Assembly: GCA_963787835.1 (NCBI GenBank)
Contig: CAWBEI010000003.1
Location: forward strand, 160,001-224,000
DNA: 64,000 bases
Reading direction: 5' to 3'
Origin: Ignavibacteriota bacterium
GTDB taxonomy: Bacteria; Bacteroidota; Ignavibacteria; Palsa-1295
Shown here one piece after another: positions 9,649 through 18,486 of this stretch. A program made the translations under genes and the position numbers. A model generated the notes under the pieces. That model saw only the letters and a program-made list of their open reading frames with translations, was not told where the DNA came from and did not search any database. The first letter of the stretch is position 1, and each line of letters begins with the position of its first letter.

Positions 9649-11412
9649 TTAATACACTCTCTTCTTCGGCTGGTATTTCGTGATCGCGACAGGGCGGTAT
9701 TCCAGCTTCGGTTTACCTTCACCGCTCTTGTATGCGAAGGTATGCTTCAGCCAGTTGTGATCATCGCGGTCGGGGAAATCTTCGCGGGAATGTCCGCCAC
9801 GTGATTCGGTGCGATTCAGTGCGCATTCCAGTGTCACATGCGCCGTATCCAGCAGGTTCCCGAGTTCGATGGCTTCCAGAAGATCGGTATTGAACTGACT
9901 TCCCTTGTCATCGATCACCACTGTTTTGTATTTTTCTCGAAGCTCTCCAATTCTATCGAGCGCCGATTGAAGTCCTTTGGCATCGCGAAAGATTCCGCAA
10001 TCATCCATCATCATTTGCTGCAATTCGGTGCGGAGCGGAGCCGGTTTGTTGCCCGAAGTTCTCGATTTGATCTCTTCAATTTTCGCTTTCGTTGTTTCGC
10101 CAGCATTTGAAAGCAGAGTAGGATATTCCGCTCCTGATTTGAGATATTCCGCAATTGCCTTACCGCCTCTACGGCCAAATACAATAAGATCGAGCAACGA
10201 ATTTGTCCCTAACCGATTCGCGCCATGAACGCTGACGCAGGCGCATTCCCCTGCCGCATAAAATCCCTGCACAATGCCATCCTTATGGTCGAGCCGTACA
10301 CGGCCATCGACATCCGTGGGAATGCCTCCCATCACATAATGCGCGGTCGGCTGGATCGGTACCCCTTCTTTCGTTGGCTCGACTCCAAGGTACGTTCTCG
10401 CAAAGCCAACGATCTCCGGAATTTTTTCCGTGATGATCTTAATATCGAGATGCGTCAGATCAAGCAGAATGTAATCCGTACCATCGGAGCCTCGAATGCC
10501 TCGGCCTTCGCGAATTTCCTGAATGATGGCTCGCGAGACCATATCGCGTGGTGCAAGATCCTTCACCGTTGGCGCATAACGTTCCATGAACCGCTCGCCA
10601 TCCTTATTGCGAAGAATTCCGCCTTCGCCGCGAGCCGCTTCCGATACTAAAATTCCGAGTTTCCAAAGTCCCGTCGGATGGAACTGCATGAATTCCATAT
10701 CTTCGAGCGGAAGTCCGGCATTATAGGCCAGCATAAATCCATCGCCGGTTCCCACGTGGGCATTCGAAGTGATGCGCCAAATTCTGCCATCACCACCGGT
10801 CGCGAACATCACGGCTTTCGCATGAAAGACGTGAACTTCGCCCGTCAAAATCTCTATCGCGACGACTCCGCTTGCCACGCCATTCTCGTAGAGAAGTTCC
10901 GTTACGAAAAACTCGCTGAAGAACCGCACATTATTCTTCAATGAATTTTCATAGAGCGTATGCAGCATCGTATGACCCGTGCGGTCAGCCGAATAGCACG
11001 AGCGCATCACCGCGACGCGCTTCGAATCCGGATCGCTCGGATCGACGGGCCGCGTATGACCGCCAAACCGGCGCTGGGCGATCTTGCCCTCATCGGTTCG
11101 CGAAAAAGGCATGCCCATGTGCTCTAACTCGACGACCGCCCTCGGCGCATCGTTGCACATCACCTCGATCGCGTCCTGATCGCCGAGGTAATCCGAGCCC
11201 TTCACGGTATCGTACGCATGCCAGTCCGGATGATCTTCTTCCAGATTGCCCAGCGCGGCGCATACCCCGCCTTGCGCTGCGCCCGTATGCGAGCGAAGCG
11301 GATGAACTTTGGTGAGCACGGCGCAGGTATAGCCGGCCGGAATTTCCACGGCCGCGCGAAGCCCTGCTCCGCCCGCGCCTACGATTATTACGTCAAATTG
11401 ATGTGTCGTCAT
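9649..11412 (-). CDS. sdhA: Succinate dehydrogenase flavoprotein subunit
   Basis: GAGGAG FAD loop, RSHTGAAQGG (covalent FAD His), QFHPTG, SVHGANRLGTNSLLD, RTESRGGHSRED, C-terminal PKKRVY. Confidence 0.96.
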   Translation of the reverse strand: MTTHQFDVIIVGAGGAGLRAAVEIPAGYTCAVLTKVHPLRSHTGAAQGGVCAALGNLEEDHPDWHAYDTVKGSDYLGDQDAIEVMCNDAPRAVVELEHMGMPFSRTDEGKIAQRRFGGHTRPVDPSDPDSKRVAVMRSCYSADRTGHTMLHTLYENSLKNNVRFFSEFFVTELLYENGVASGVVAIEILTGEVHVFHAKAVMFATGGDGRIWRITSNAHVGTGDGFMLAYNAGLPLEDMEFMQFHPTGLWKLGILVSEAARGEGGILRNKDGERFMERYAPTVKDLAPRDMVSRAIIQEIREGRGIRGSDGTDYILLDLTHLDIKIITEKIPEIVGFARTYLGVEPTKEGVPIQPTAHYVMGGIPTDVDGRVRLDHKDGIVQGFYAAGECACVSVHGANRLGTNSLLDLIVFGRRGGKAIAEYLKSGAEYPTLLSNAGETTKAKIEEIKSRTSGNKPAPLRTELQQMMMDDCGIFRDAKGLQSALDRIGELREKYKTVVIDDKGSQFNTDLLEAIELGNLLDTAHVTLECALNRTESRGGHSREDFPDRDDHNWLKHTFAYKSGEGKPKLEYRPVAITKYQPKKRVY

Positions 11413-11458
11413 GTGTTATGGAGGTCTTCAACATTAGGGAGGAGTATTTAATCCACCA

Positions 11459-11466
11459 CAAAAATA
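11459..11466 (-). promoter_or_regulatory. Bacteroidota-type -7 promoter element (TATTTTTG) for sdhA
   Basis: Matches TAnnTTTG about 47 nt upstream of the sdhA ATG. Confidence 0.5.
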
Positions 11467-11529
11467 CGGAATTGTAAGCCACTTCTCCCGGACATTGCTT
11501 TCACGAAAAGAAGATGAATTACCATCAAC

Positions 11530-11780
11530 TAGTTTTCTATAAAAAATAGGTGCCATTTTTCTTTTTTGTGAGTTCCCGACGACCCTCGAATTTGAGCCAA
11601 TTTCTCCATTTGTTTCAACAAATTCTTTCTCAAAGAACTGGTTCATTACGAAATCTATGCCGTTGATTTTCAAAGAGCAAATGAGCACCTATTCTTAATT
11701 CTCAATTCGTAATTGAAAATTGATATAGGTGCCTATCATAGCACAACCTAATATACGACATAAATTGCGACGGTGTTTAA
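11530..11780 (-). other. Dispersed intergenic element, copy 1 (-10 box, hairpin, boxA-like motif; possible ncRNA)
   Basis: Shares ordered blocks with 42319-42595: CGTATATT, TGATAGGCACC, (T)GCTCTTTGAAAAT, AATGGAGAAATTGGCTCA, ATGGCACCTATTT. Confidence 0.55.
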
Positions 11781-11801
11781 AAAACAAAAATCCAGATCTG
11801 C

Positions 11802-11826
11802 GTAGGTCGGTGCTTCCAGCCCGACC
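11802..11826 (+). repeat. GTAG-type REP-like hairpin
   Basis: GTAG followed by GGTCGG...CCGACC stem (gtaggtcggtgcttccagcccgacc). Confidence 0.45.
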
Positions 11827-11830
11827 CCCA

Positions 11831-12056
11831 AGTGGCGGAGCCACGAAGTACTCGCAGCCCAGGGTGCAACGAAGTGGAACCCTGGGTTAACAAGCAAGCA
11901 TTTATTTATAGCCCTGAAAGGGCGATGTTCACTGTCGGAGATTACTCCGTCCTTTCAGGACTCTGGGATCTAAAACGAACGCAACCCCAGCATTCCGCTA
12001 CGCCGCAAGCGGCTTCGCTCCATGCTGGGCTGCGAGTACTTCGTCGCCCCGCGACT
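11831..12056. mobile_element. Nested palindromic non-autonomous element (REPIN/MITE-like)
   Basis: Perfect 20-bp inverted repeat ACGAAGTACTCGCAGCCCAG (11843-11862 / 12025-12044), extendable to 32 bp with 3 mismatches; inner inverted pair AGCCCTGAAAGGGCG / CGTCCTTTCAGGACT. Confidence 0.7.
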
Positions 12057-12139
12057 AAATGCCACCCACCCCCTCCTCTTTTCATATTTCAGCTTTTCCC
12101 CATGGGGGACGATACATCCAACCCAGCAGTTACCATAAA

Positions 12140-12394
12140 ATGCGTCCCCGCCCATACCTGTTCGCGATCCTCTTAATCCTCATTGCCTTCTCATCACCAT
12201 CCCACGCCCAGGGCAAACCCACCGACACCACTAAAATAGAAAAGACGACCGATTCAACCGTCTATGTCACAAACAGCGGCAAAAAATACCATCGCGCCGG
12301 ATGCATCTACCTCGGCAAAAGCTCCATCCCCATTAAACTCTCCGACGCAAAAAAATACTACCAACCCTGCAAACGCTGCAAGCCGGTGGAGTGA
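12140..12394 (+). CDS. Small secreted protein with an Ada-like metal-binding (YH..C..CxxC) domain
   Basis: Signal peptide MRPRPYLFAILLILIAFSSPSHA; VYVTNSGKKYHRAGC...YQPCKRCKP motif. Confidence 0.75.
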   Translation: MRPRPYLFAILLILIAFSSPSHAQGKPTDTTKIEKTTDSTVYVTNSGKKYHRAGCIYLGKSSIPIKLSDAKKYYQPCKRCKPVE

Positions 12395-12422
12395 GATAAA
12401 CGGATCTCATTCCTCCATAAAT

Positions 12423-13325
12423 CTAAATCCCATAGTTGACATGCCGCTTGAGCACTTGAATCAACTCCTCAATTATAGGCTTCCGCCTGTCTTCAGCAGA
12501 CTGGAAGGCGTATTGCTTATGAAAGCTTTCGAGGCACGCAGAAACGGCGTGAATTGCACTGTTTAGTATGAGTATGTGCTGGTCGGCAATGGTATTAGCT
12601 AGTTTTTCAGCATTGATTGGTCGAATCATTTCAAGGTATCCACAAAAATAGAGCGTACTATATAGAGTACCATGTAGCGCCTCAGATGCTTGTCGGTAGA
12701 TCATGAGCCGTGCCATATCAAGGTCGCTTTGAATCGACATACCTAACGCATTACCGACTGCAGCAATACGTTGATCTAGAGTTTTCTCTGTCCATTCTTT
12801 CGCTTTTCCATTGATTGTAGAAAATTCATCGATCGCTTCTTGCAGTTCTGGAACTTTATCCGCATCGGGTCTTCCTTCAAATGAAAACCGAAATCTACTG
12901 GATCCGAGACGCACGTCCTGTTCCATCTCGCGAAAGTGCTTTTGTTGGGCGTGTCGCAGTGCCTTCTTGGCCATCTCGGAACCCTCAGCAATAATATAGC
13001 AAATATTTACCGACAATTCGATGATTGAACGAGAAATGCCGTAGCAGTCTCTTGTTTGATCGCCTGCCCCATCTGAAAGATCCACGAGTGTAATCGTAGA
13101 AGACTCAATCGCCTTATAAAGTGGGAGTAGGGCGAATGTTAGGTCAGTGGGGACTTCTTCCTCTTCTCTGCGCAGCATGGAACCCCACTCGGAACGCATC
13201 AATACATGGACAGGCCCCTTAATAATACTTGAAATCCGCTCAAGAATTGACCTGAGTTCTTGAATGCACTGTTCTCTGTCCGGCGATGCTTTGACTCGAG
13301 GTGGTCTTCTCAATGTATTGTCCAT
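12423..13325 (-). CDS. DUF5677-like all-helical protein
   Basis: ISRSIIELSVNICYI and IYRQASEALHG motifs resemble DUF5677; ATG at 13325 preferred because the longer ORF runs into a repeat. Confidence 0.6.
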   Translation of the reverse strand: MDNTLRRPPRVKASPDREQCIQELRSILERISSIIKGPVHVLMRSEWGSMLRREEEEVPTDLTFALLPLYKAIESSTITLVDLSDGAGDQTRDCYGISRSIIELSVNICYIIAEGSEMAKKALRHAQQKHFREMEQDVRLGSSRFRFSFEGRPDADKVPELQEAIDEFSTINGKAKEWTEKTLDQRIAAVGNALGMSIQSDLDMARLMIYRQASEALHGTLYSTLYFCGYLEMIRPINAEKLANTIADQHILILNSAIHAVSACLESFHKQYAFQSAEDRRKPIIEELIQVLKRHVNYGI

Positions 13326-13402
13326 ATGAATTATTTTTCTCAGTAAACAATGTGGCAATGTAGTTGTGGTCCTTGAATAAACATTTAGGACTTGTGGATC
13401 TG

Positions 13403-13463
13403 CCATTTGGCAAGCTACCGCAGCGCTCGCCGTTTCGCTTGGGGCCCTTTCTATTGCCGCTCG
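13403..13463 (+). repeat. 61-bp direct repeat, copy 1 (left of vapBC)
   Basis: 57/61 identical to 14147-14207. Confidence 0.9.
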
Positions 13464-13512
13464 CGGAGGTTTCACGGGGCACTGTCGGGGAGCACAAGCG
13501 GTTTAATCATAC

Positions 13513-13743
13513 ATGCAGGCGTACCACATCGACACCACCGTTACACCGGAAGGACTTTTGCTCCTACCGAAGCTGCCGCTCACAGCAGGTCAGCGTGTAA
13601 GCGTGACGATCGAGCCGAAGAATGGCGCTGCCCATACTCGCCGGTCGTTCCCGCTCCGGGGATTGCCGCACCGGTACACCGATCCGTTCGAGCCAGCCGC
13701 ACCATCCGAAGATTGGGAAGCATTGAACGATGACCCTTCTTGA
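13513..13743 (+). CDS. Putative antitoxin of a VapBC module
   Basis: 76 aa; beta-rich N-terminus (LPLTAGQRVSVTIEP), acidic tail (DPFEP..EDWEAL); overlaps the start of a PIN-domain gene. Confidence 0.7.
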   Translation: MQAYHIDTTVTPEGLLLLPKLPLTAGQRVSVTIEPKNGAAHTRRSFPLRGLPHRYTDPFEPAAPSEDWEALNDDPS

Positions 13744-14121
13744 TACGCACGTTTGGTTCTGGTGGGTTTCGTCTCCGGAACTACTCTCGAATGCCCAACG
13801 CGAATTTTTAGAAAAGACGACCGATCAAATCGCTGTCAGTATTATTTCCCTATGGGAAATTTCATTGCTTGAGTCGAAAGGGCGTATAGATTTACCAAAG
13901 CAGTAAAAGAATGGTTCGAGATGGCGCTCGACGAACCAAAGATCGACGTGGTTGACCTGAACTCTGAAATCGTAATTGATTCCACTCACCTTCCAGGTAC
14001 ATTCCACCGAGATCCCGCCGACAGAATGATCGTAGCGACATCACGTGTTTTAAAGGCACCACTAATTACTTCGGATTCGAAGATTCTCAAGTATGAGTTC
14101 GTTGACAAAGTTGGAGTATAA
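13730..14121 (+). CDS. vapC: VapC PIN-domain toxin; one-base frameshift at ~13897
   Basis: MTLLDTHVWFWW..SIISLWEI..KGRIDLP in one frame, then HRDPADRMIVAT..LITSD in another; adding one A to the AAA at ~13897 restores LPKAVKEWF. Confidence 0.85.
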
Positions 14122-14146
14122 CACTCCCTATCTCCTCACTTGAAAA

Positions 14147-14207
14147 CCATTTGGAAAGCAACCGCAGCGCTCGCCGTTTGGCTTGCGGCCCTTTCTATTG
14201 CCGCTCG
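14147..14207 (+). repeat. 61-bp direct repeat, copy 2 (right of vapBC)
   Basis: 57/61 identical to 13403-13463; lies in a small hydrophobic ORF starting TTG at 14140. Confidence 0.9.
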
Positions 14208-14351
14208 GATCAATACGGATCGAGGAATATTTATGATCTTCTTAGATATGTCCGCCGTGGGTATCGCCGTGCTTGCCGTTCGCTGATATCGCCAGCGCAA
14301 ATTAGATAAAGTTACGAGGGCGCAGATCGAATCGGTGCGGGGATAGTTACT

Positions 14352-14927
14352 TCACTGCTTCAAAGTATCAACTCTTACAGGAAGGAAACGGAGGGAATCG
14401 TTTTCGGCTACGATGCGCTGATGGTCTTCCGCTTCAGGACAGCACTGGGATTCGTTATGGAGCCAGTGCGCGGTTATCACATCGAGCGTATCTCCATAGA
14501 GCGTGTCTCTGAAATGCGGCCCACCAGCACATCCAACATATTTCGGTCCGTCAGGAGTCTGAAGAAAAATAACGGCTGTGGCAAAACCTCCTGAACCACC
14601 AGAGAAAAGCGTTATAATAGCATCTTCACGCCCGTCGTGATTTAAGTCGATATAGTTTGTTGGGAAAAAGCGTGTATATAAAGAACCGCCTCCCTGTTCC
14701 CGATCCAACACAAGCCGATAGGACGGGATCACCGTCCCAATTGTGTCCACGATGCTTGCAATAGAATCATACTCAAAATGCACATTATCATGTGCAAGTA
14801 GCGAATCCCACTTCACATTTCGGATCGAAGTATCGATTGCAGAAACTAAAGATGATTGCTGTTCCCTCTTTACACACGAAGGAAGCAAGATCGGAAGCGC
14901 AAGCAAAAAAATAAATCGCGCAGTCAT
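14352..14927 (-). CDS. Hypothetical lipoprotein
   Basis: Lipobox LLPSC; DLNHDGREDA Ca-loop-like motif; CCP motif near the C-terminus. Confidence 0.7.
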   Translation of the reverse strand: MTARFIFLLALPILLPSCVKREQQSSLVSAIDTSIRNVKWDSLLAHDNVHFEYDSIASIVDTIGTVIPSYRLVLDREQGGGSLYTRFFPTNYIDLNHDGREDAIITLFSGGSGGFATAVIFLQTPDGPKYVGCAGGPHFRDTLYGDTLDVITAHWLHNESQCCPEAEDHQRIVAENDSLRFLPVRVDTLKQ

Positions 14928-15431
14928 CTATTTCTTCGTCGAATCCATTGGTGGCGCCGCCGGAACCGGAAAGCTCGATTGTATCTCCGGATGGCGAATC
15001 AGCCCACCCTGATATGCGGTTTTTGCAAAGGTTGAGACCTCGAACAGTCCACCGATGACACATGCGATTATTACCCATTGCTTCGGTTCCTTGTTATCGG
15101 GGTTCCTCCATGCTTGAATTAGTCCAATAAGCGCGACCACTGCAAACACGTAACTGATATTGCGTGCCCAATCCGCAGCCTCGCTGTGTTCGTGAATGAG
15201 CTGTTTATCGATACCGCTTACGTTCTTCATTTCATGGGAAGCCTTCCCACCCGTGAGATCGGAAACATACGCCGCAACTCCAAGCAGCACGAATCCGACA
15301 AGCGCAAGCCGCTTCAGCTCCGCATTCTTGCGGATCATGGCATAAATAAGCAGCACAAGCACAATAATACTTCCCTCGACCGGGAAATGATTGACAAGCA
15401 AATGAAGGTGCGGCGGCGTGAGATCGAACAT
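14928..15431 (-). CDS. DUF2231-like membrane protein
   Basis: HLLVNHFP motif, about four hydrophobic segments, TAYQGGLIRHPEI. Confidence 0.75.
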   Translation of the reverse strand: MFDLTPPHLHLLVNHFPVEGSIIVLVLLIYAMIRKNAELKRLALVGFVLLGVAAYVSDLTGGKASHEMKNVSGIDKQLIHEHSEAADWARNISYVFAVVALIGLIQAWRNPDNKEPKQWVIIACVIGGLFEVSTFAKTAYQGGLIRHPEIQSSFPVPAAPPMDSTKK

Positions 15432-15464
15432 AAACGTTGTCTTGGTTAAAAATCCAAGACAAAG

Positions 15465-15911
15465 TTACGATTTATTTTTAGCCTTTGGGTGAAAAAGCAC
15501 ATGATCCAAACTCAGCATTCCCGGTCCTGCAAGGGCGATGGTGAGTGCCAGCATTGCAAGCGAGCCGGGAAATTCAAATCCGCCCGGCCCTAATAACCCA
15601 TTCTTGAAATGAACAGCGAATACCGCAACAAGCATATTGATAAGAACCGCAATACTAAAAAATCGAGTAAGCACTCCAAGTATGATGCCTATGCCGCCCA
15701 CTAATTCGGTGAAACAGGAGAGATAGGCCAGCCATGATGGCATACCAAGCCCTTTGCTCATTCCGTCCACCGTTGCGTCCAGCCCTTTTCCGCCAAAAAC
15801 GCCGAATACTTTCTGCGCCCCATGCGCGAACATGAGCACTCCGAGCGTCACACGTATGACGAGAATTGCTGCCCCGATAAGCTTCTCATTTGAGTGAATA
15901 AATATCTTCAT
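15465..15911 (-). CDS. DoxX family membrane protein
   Basis: RVTLGVLMFAHGAQK, ELVGGIGIILG, GGFEF, GPGMLSLD. Confidence 0.9.
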   Translation of the reverse strand: MKIFIHSNEKLIGAAILVIRVTLGVLMFAHGAQKVFGVFGGKGLDATVDGMSKGLGMPSWLAYLSCFTELVGGIGIILGVLTRFFSIAVLINMLVAVFAVHFKNGLLGPGGFEFPGSLAMLALTIALAGPGMLSLDHVLFHPKAKNKS

Positions 15912-15972
15912 TTTTAGTAAAAAATGATTTTACTTGTTCCAACAATTAATGTTTCATTTTTCTTGTTTAAAC

Positions 15973-16074
15973 GTCATTGCGAGGAGTCCCGGAGGGACGA
16001 CGAAGCAATCCGTTGCGATTACGCTTGTTCTCCCGAGATTGCTTCGTCGCTCCTTCGTCGCTCCTCGCAATGAC
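15973..16074. repeat. GTCATTGCGAG...CTCGCAATGAC palindromic repeat element
   Basis: Outer arms GTCATTGCGAGGAG / CTCCTCGCAATGAC and inner arms CGACGAAGCAATC / GATTGCTTCGTCG. Confidence 0.85.
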
Positions 16075-16325
16075 ATTATTATGGCCTTTGCACTAAGAAT
16101 CCTTAAATCTTATTAACTATACTCCCCAATTCATCTCATCTACCCAACATTCAGGCCAGAAAAAATGCAAATTGAAACATCCTGGAAGTTTTTGCGAATA
16201 TAACGGAGCTCTCGTGATTTATTGATCAGGTAACACCTCCGGATCGGTAATGTGGTCAAAACCAAGAAAACAGACTCTATTTGCGATAAATTTATGCTTT
16301 TCTTGGATTCAGACAAAAAATGTCG

Positions 16326-16333
16326 TACTTTTG
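16326..16333 (+). promoter_or_regulatory. Bacteroidota-type -7 element (TACTTTTG) upstream of the ECF sigma gene
   Basis: Matches TAnnTTTG. Confidence 0.45.
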
Positions 16334-16464
16334 CACGTTAATTTTTGGTCGGACAACAGTTAGGGCAAAAAGAGTGTATTGGTAACAATGCTGGTTTCGT
16401 GAATGAATCCCGCATTTTCCCATTCCGGACAGGGATGGGTGAACAGAGGATAATAAGGGTAAGC

Positions 16465-17175
16465 ATGACGCTCAGCGAATTAGACGAAAAAGGAATACGG
16501 GATCGACACCGCGACTTCGAACGCGAGGCGATGCCGCACATCAACGCGCTGTTTAACTTCGCGTTGCGCATGACCGGCGACCCTGACGATGCCAACGATC
16601 TCCTTCAGGAGACCTACATGAAAGCCTATCGGTTCTGGGACAAATTCGAGCCTGGCACCAACTGCAAAGCGTGGCTTTTCCGCATCATGAAGAACTCCTA
16701 CATCAACATTTATCGCAAGGAGTCGAAAGAGCCCGATAAAGTCGATTACGAGGACATCCAGAATTTCTACAACACCATTCGCTCGGAATACACCGACCCG
16801 AACGACATGGAAGCGCGCCTGTATCGTAATTTGTTAGATGACGATCTGACGAAAGCTGTCGAATCGCTGCCCGAGGATTTCCGCACCGTCGTGATCCTTT
16901 GCGATATTGAAGGATTTACCTACGAAGAGATCGCGGAGTTCGTCGATTGCCCGATCGGAACCGTCCGCTCGCGCCTTCATCGCGGACGAAAGCTTTTGCG
17001 CAACAAGCTCATCGAGTATGCGCGCGTGCGTGGATACAATGTAGATGAAGAACGCCATCGCAAATCCGGCATGGGCTGGGAAGACGAAACCGGTACGCTC
17101 ATCGGCAAAGAAAGTGGTATGCCGATCGTGGGCGACCGTATCGAGAACGGTCACACCAACGGCCACGCTCGGTAA
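16465..17175 (+). CDS. ECF RNA polymerase sigma factor
   Basis: Region 2 DANDLLQETYMKAY..KAWLFRIMKN; region 4 GFTYEEIAEFVDCPIGTVRSRLHRGR. Start uncertain (16435 or 16465). Confidence 0.93.
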   Translation: MTLSELDEKGIRDRHRDFEREAMPHINALFNFALRMTGDPDDANDLLQETYMKAYRFWDKFEPGTNCKAWLFRIMKNSYINIYRKESKEPDKVDYEDIQNFYNTIRSEYTDPNDMEARLYRNLLDDDLTKAVESLPEDFRTVVILCDIEGFTYEEIAEFVDCPIGTVRSRLHRGRKLLRNKLIEYARVRGYNVDEERHRKSGMGWEDETGTLIGKESGMPIVGDRIENGHTNGHAR

Positions 17176-18462
17176 TTATTCTTTTACGATCCGTTTTGTA
17201 ATGGGCTGGGGATTTCCCGGCCCATTTGCATTTGCACGAACAATATACGTCCCCCTCGGCAATCCACCCGTTTCCCACTCATAGCTCCCCTCCACGCGGA
17301 AACGATCTACTTCCCTGCCCAGCACATCGAAGATTTCAACATCAGCGGATGGCACACCTTCTAAACTAATAGTTGCGGGACCAGATGCTGGATTCGGAAA
17401 GACTTGAATGTTGCGGCCTGAGTTCGCAGCTGTGCTTTCTGAGACACTCGATTGATTAAAATCCGAAAGAGGACGTCTCCAAATACCACTATCGGTTGCT
17501 GCGAAAAGATAGCCATCGGCAACGGCAAGCGTGTAAATCGACCCATCCGTAAGACCTTCACTGGCATTCGACCAATTTGCTCCACTATCAGTTGACAAAT
17601 AAACTCCACTATCATTCGTGCCTGCAAAAATATCATTCTCGCTACCAACTAAGGCCGTGATGTTGAAAACAACGGATTGTGGTAACCCATTTGAAACTGA
17701 TTTCCAACTATTGCCGCTATCCGTCGAAAGAAATACGCCGCCATTGTAAAAGGGTCCATTATTGCACCCGACAAAAATCTCTGAGCCGTCTATTGCAAAA
17801 ACATTAATATCCAGGCTCGTCAAACCATCGTTTCGCTTCGTCCAACTTCGGCCCGTATCGGTAGAAACATAAACACCTTCGAACAAAGAGCCCGCAAGTA
17901 TATTAGTTCCAATCATCGCAAAGCCACCAGTAATAGCATTGTGAGCATCGTCAAGCCCACTATCCTCACACTCGATCCAGCTATTCCCAGAATCGATAGA
18001 ATAATAATTTCCAAGCCGCGAAAAATAGTAGTCAAAAGTGAACATCATGGCCGAAGTTCCACTGCCACCAACGACATCGAAAGCATCGAAAGCGTTCAGA
18101 ATGGAATCGACAGTCCAGGTTCTACCACTATCTGTTGACCGAAAACCAATATAATTGAATCCCCGATCTTGGGCAAATAAAGTGGTGCCAAGTACCGCAA
18201 TTATATTGAAGTCGTAAGAAGAATTAGGAATGGTTCCGAACGGATTCCAGGTTGCACCACTATCCGTAGAATGGAATATACTCGCAACAGGATGGAGGGA
18301 ATCCCACATCGTTTCGTTGGCAAAAAGATTCGTTCCACTCACAACAAGTTTAGAACTCCGCCCGAATAATCCTACATTTACCCATTGTCCATTCGCATTT
18401 GGCACAACAAAAAAAGAAACAGTAAGGAAGCTAAAGGAGATAAAAAAGAGCCTGAATTTCAT
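17176..18462 (-). CDS. BNR/Asp-box beta-propeller protein with T9SS C-terminal domain
   Basis: Signal peptide; repeated STDSGxxW; CTD VFPNPA..IFDVLGRE..GTYIVR. Confidence 0.85.
   Translation of the reverse strand: MKFRLFFISFSFLTVSFFVVPNANGQWVNVGLFGRSSKLVVSGTNLFANETMWDSLHPVASIFHSTDSGATWNPFGTIPNSSYDFNIIAVLGTTLFAQDRGFNYIGFRSTDSGRTWTVDSILNAFDAFDVVGGSGTSAMMFTFDYYFSRLGNYYSIDSGNSWIECEDSGLDDAHNAITGGFAMIGTNILAGSLFEGVYVSTDTGRSWTKRNDGLTSLDINVFAIDGSEIFVGCNNGPFYNGGVFLSTDSGNSWKSVSNGLPQSVVFNITALVGSENDIFAGTNDSGVYLSTDSGANWSNASEGLTDGSIYTLAVADGYLFAATDSGIWRRPLSDFNQSSVSESTAANSGRNIQVFPNPASGPATISLEGVPSADVEIFDVLGREVDRFRVEGSYEWETGGLPRGTYIVRANANGPGNPQPITKRIVKE
17249..17353. repeat. 105-bp repeat encoding the T9SS CTD core, copy 1
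   Basis: 100/105 identical to 18563-18667. Confidence 0.9.
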
Positions 18463-18486
18463 AGCTAATATTTCTTTCCGATCTAA

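Noticed and set aside
11530-12056. CRISPR array or leader suggested by the boxA-like motif and repeats
   Set aside because: No regularly spaced direct repeats with spacers and no cas genes.
11832-12176. ORFs 11832-12176 and 11970-12155
   Set aside because: Translations of the palindromic element with no protein-like features.
15934-16116. 60-aa ORF
   Set aside because: Read-through of the GTCATTGCGAG palindrome.
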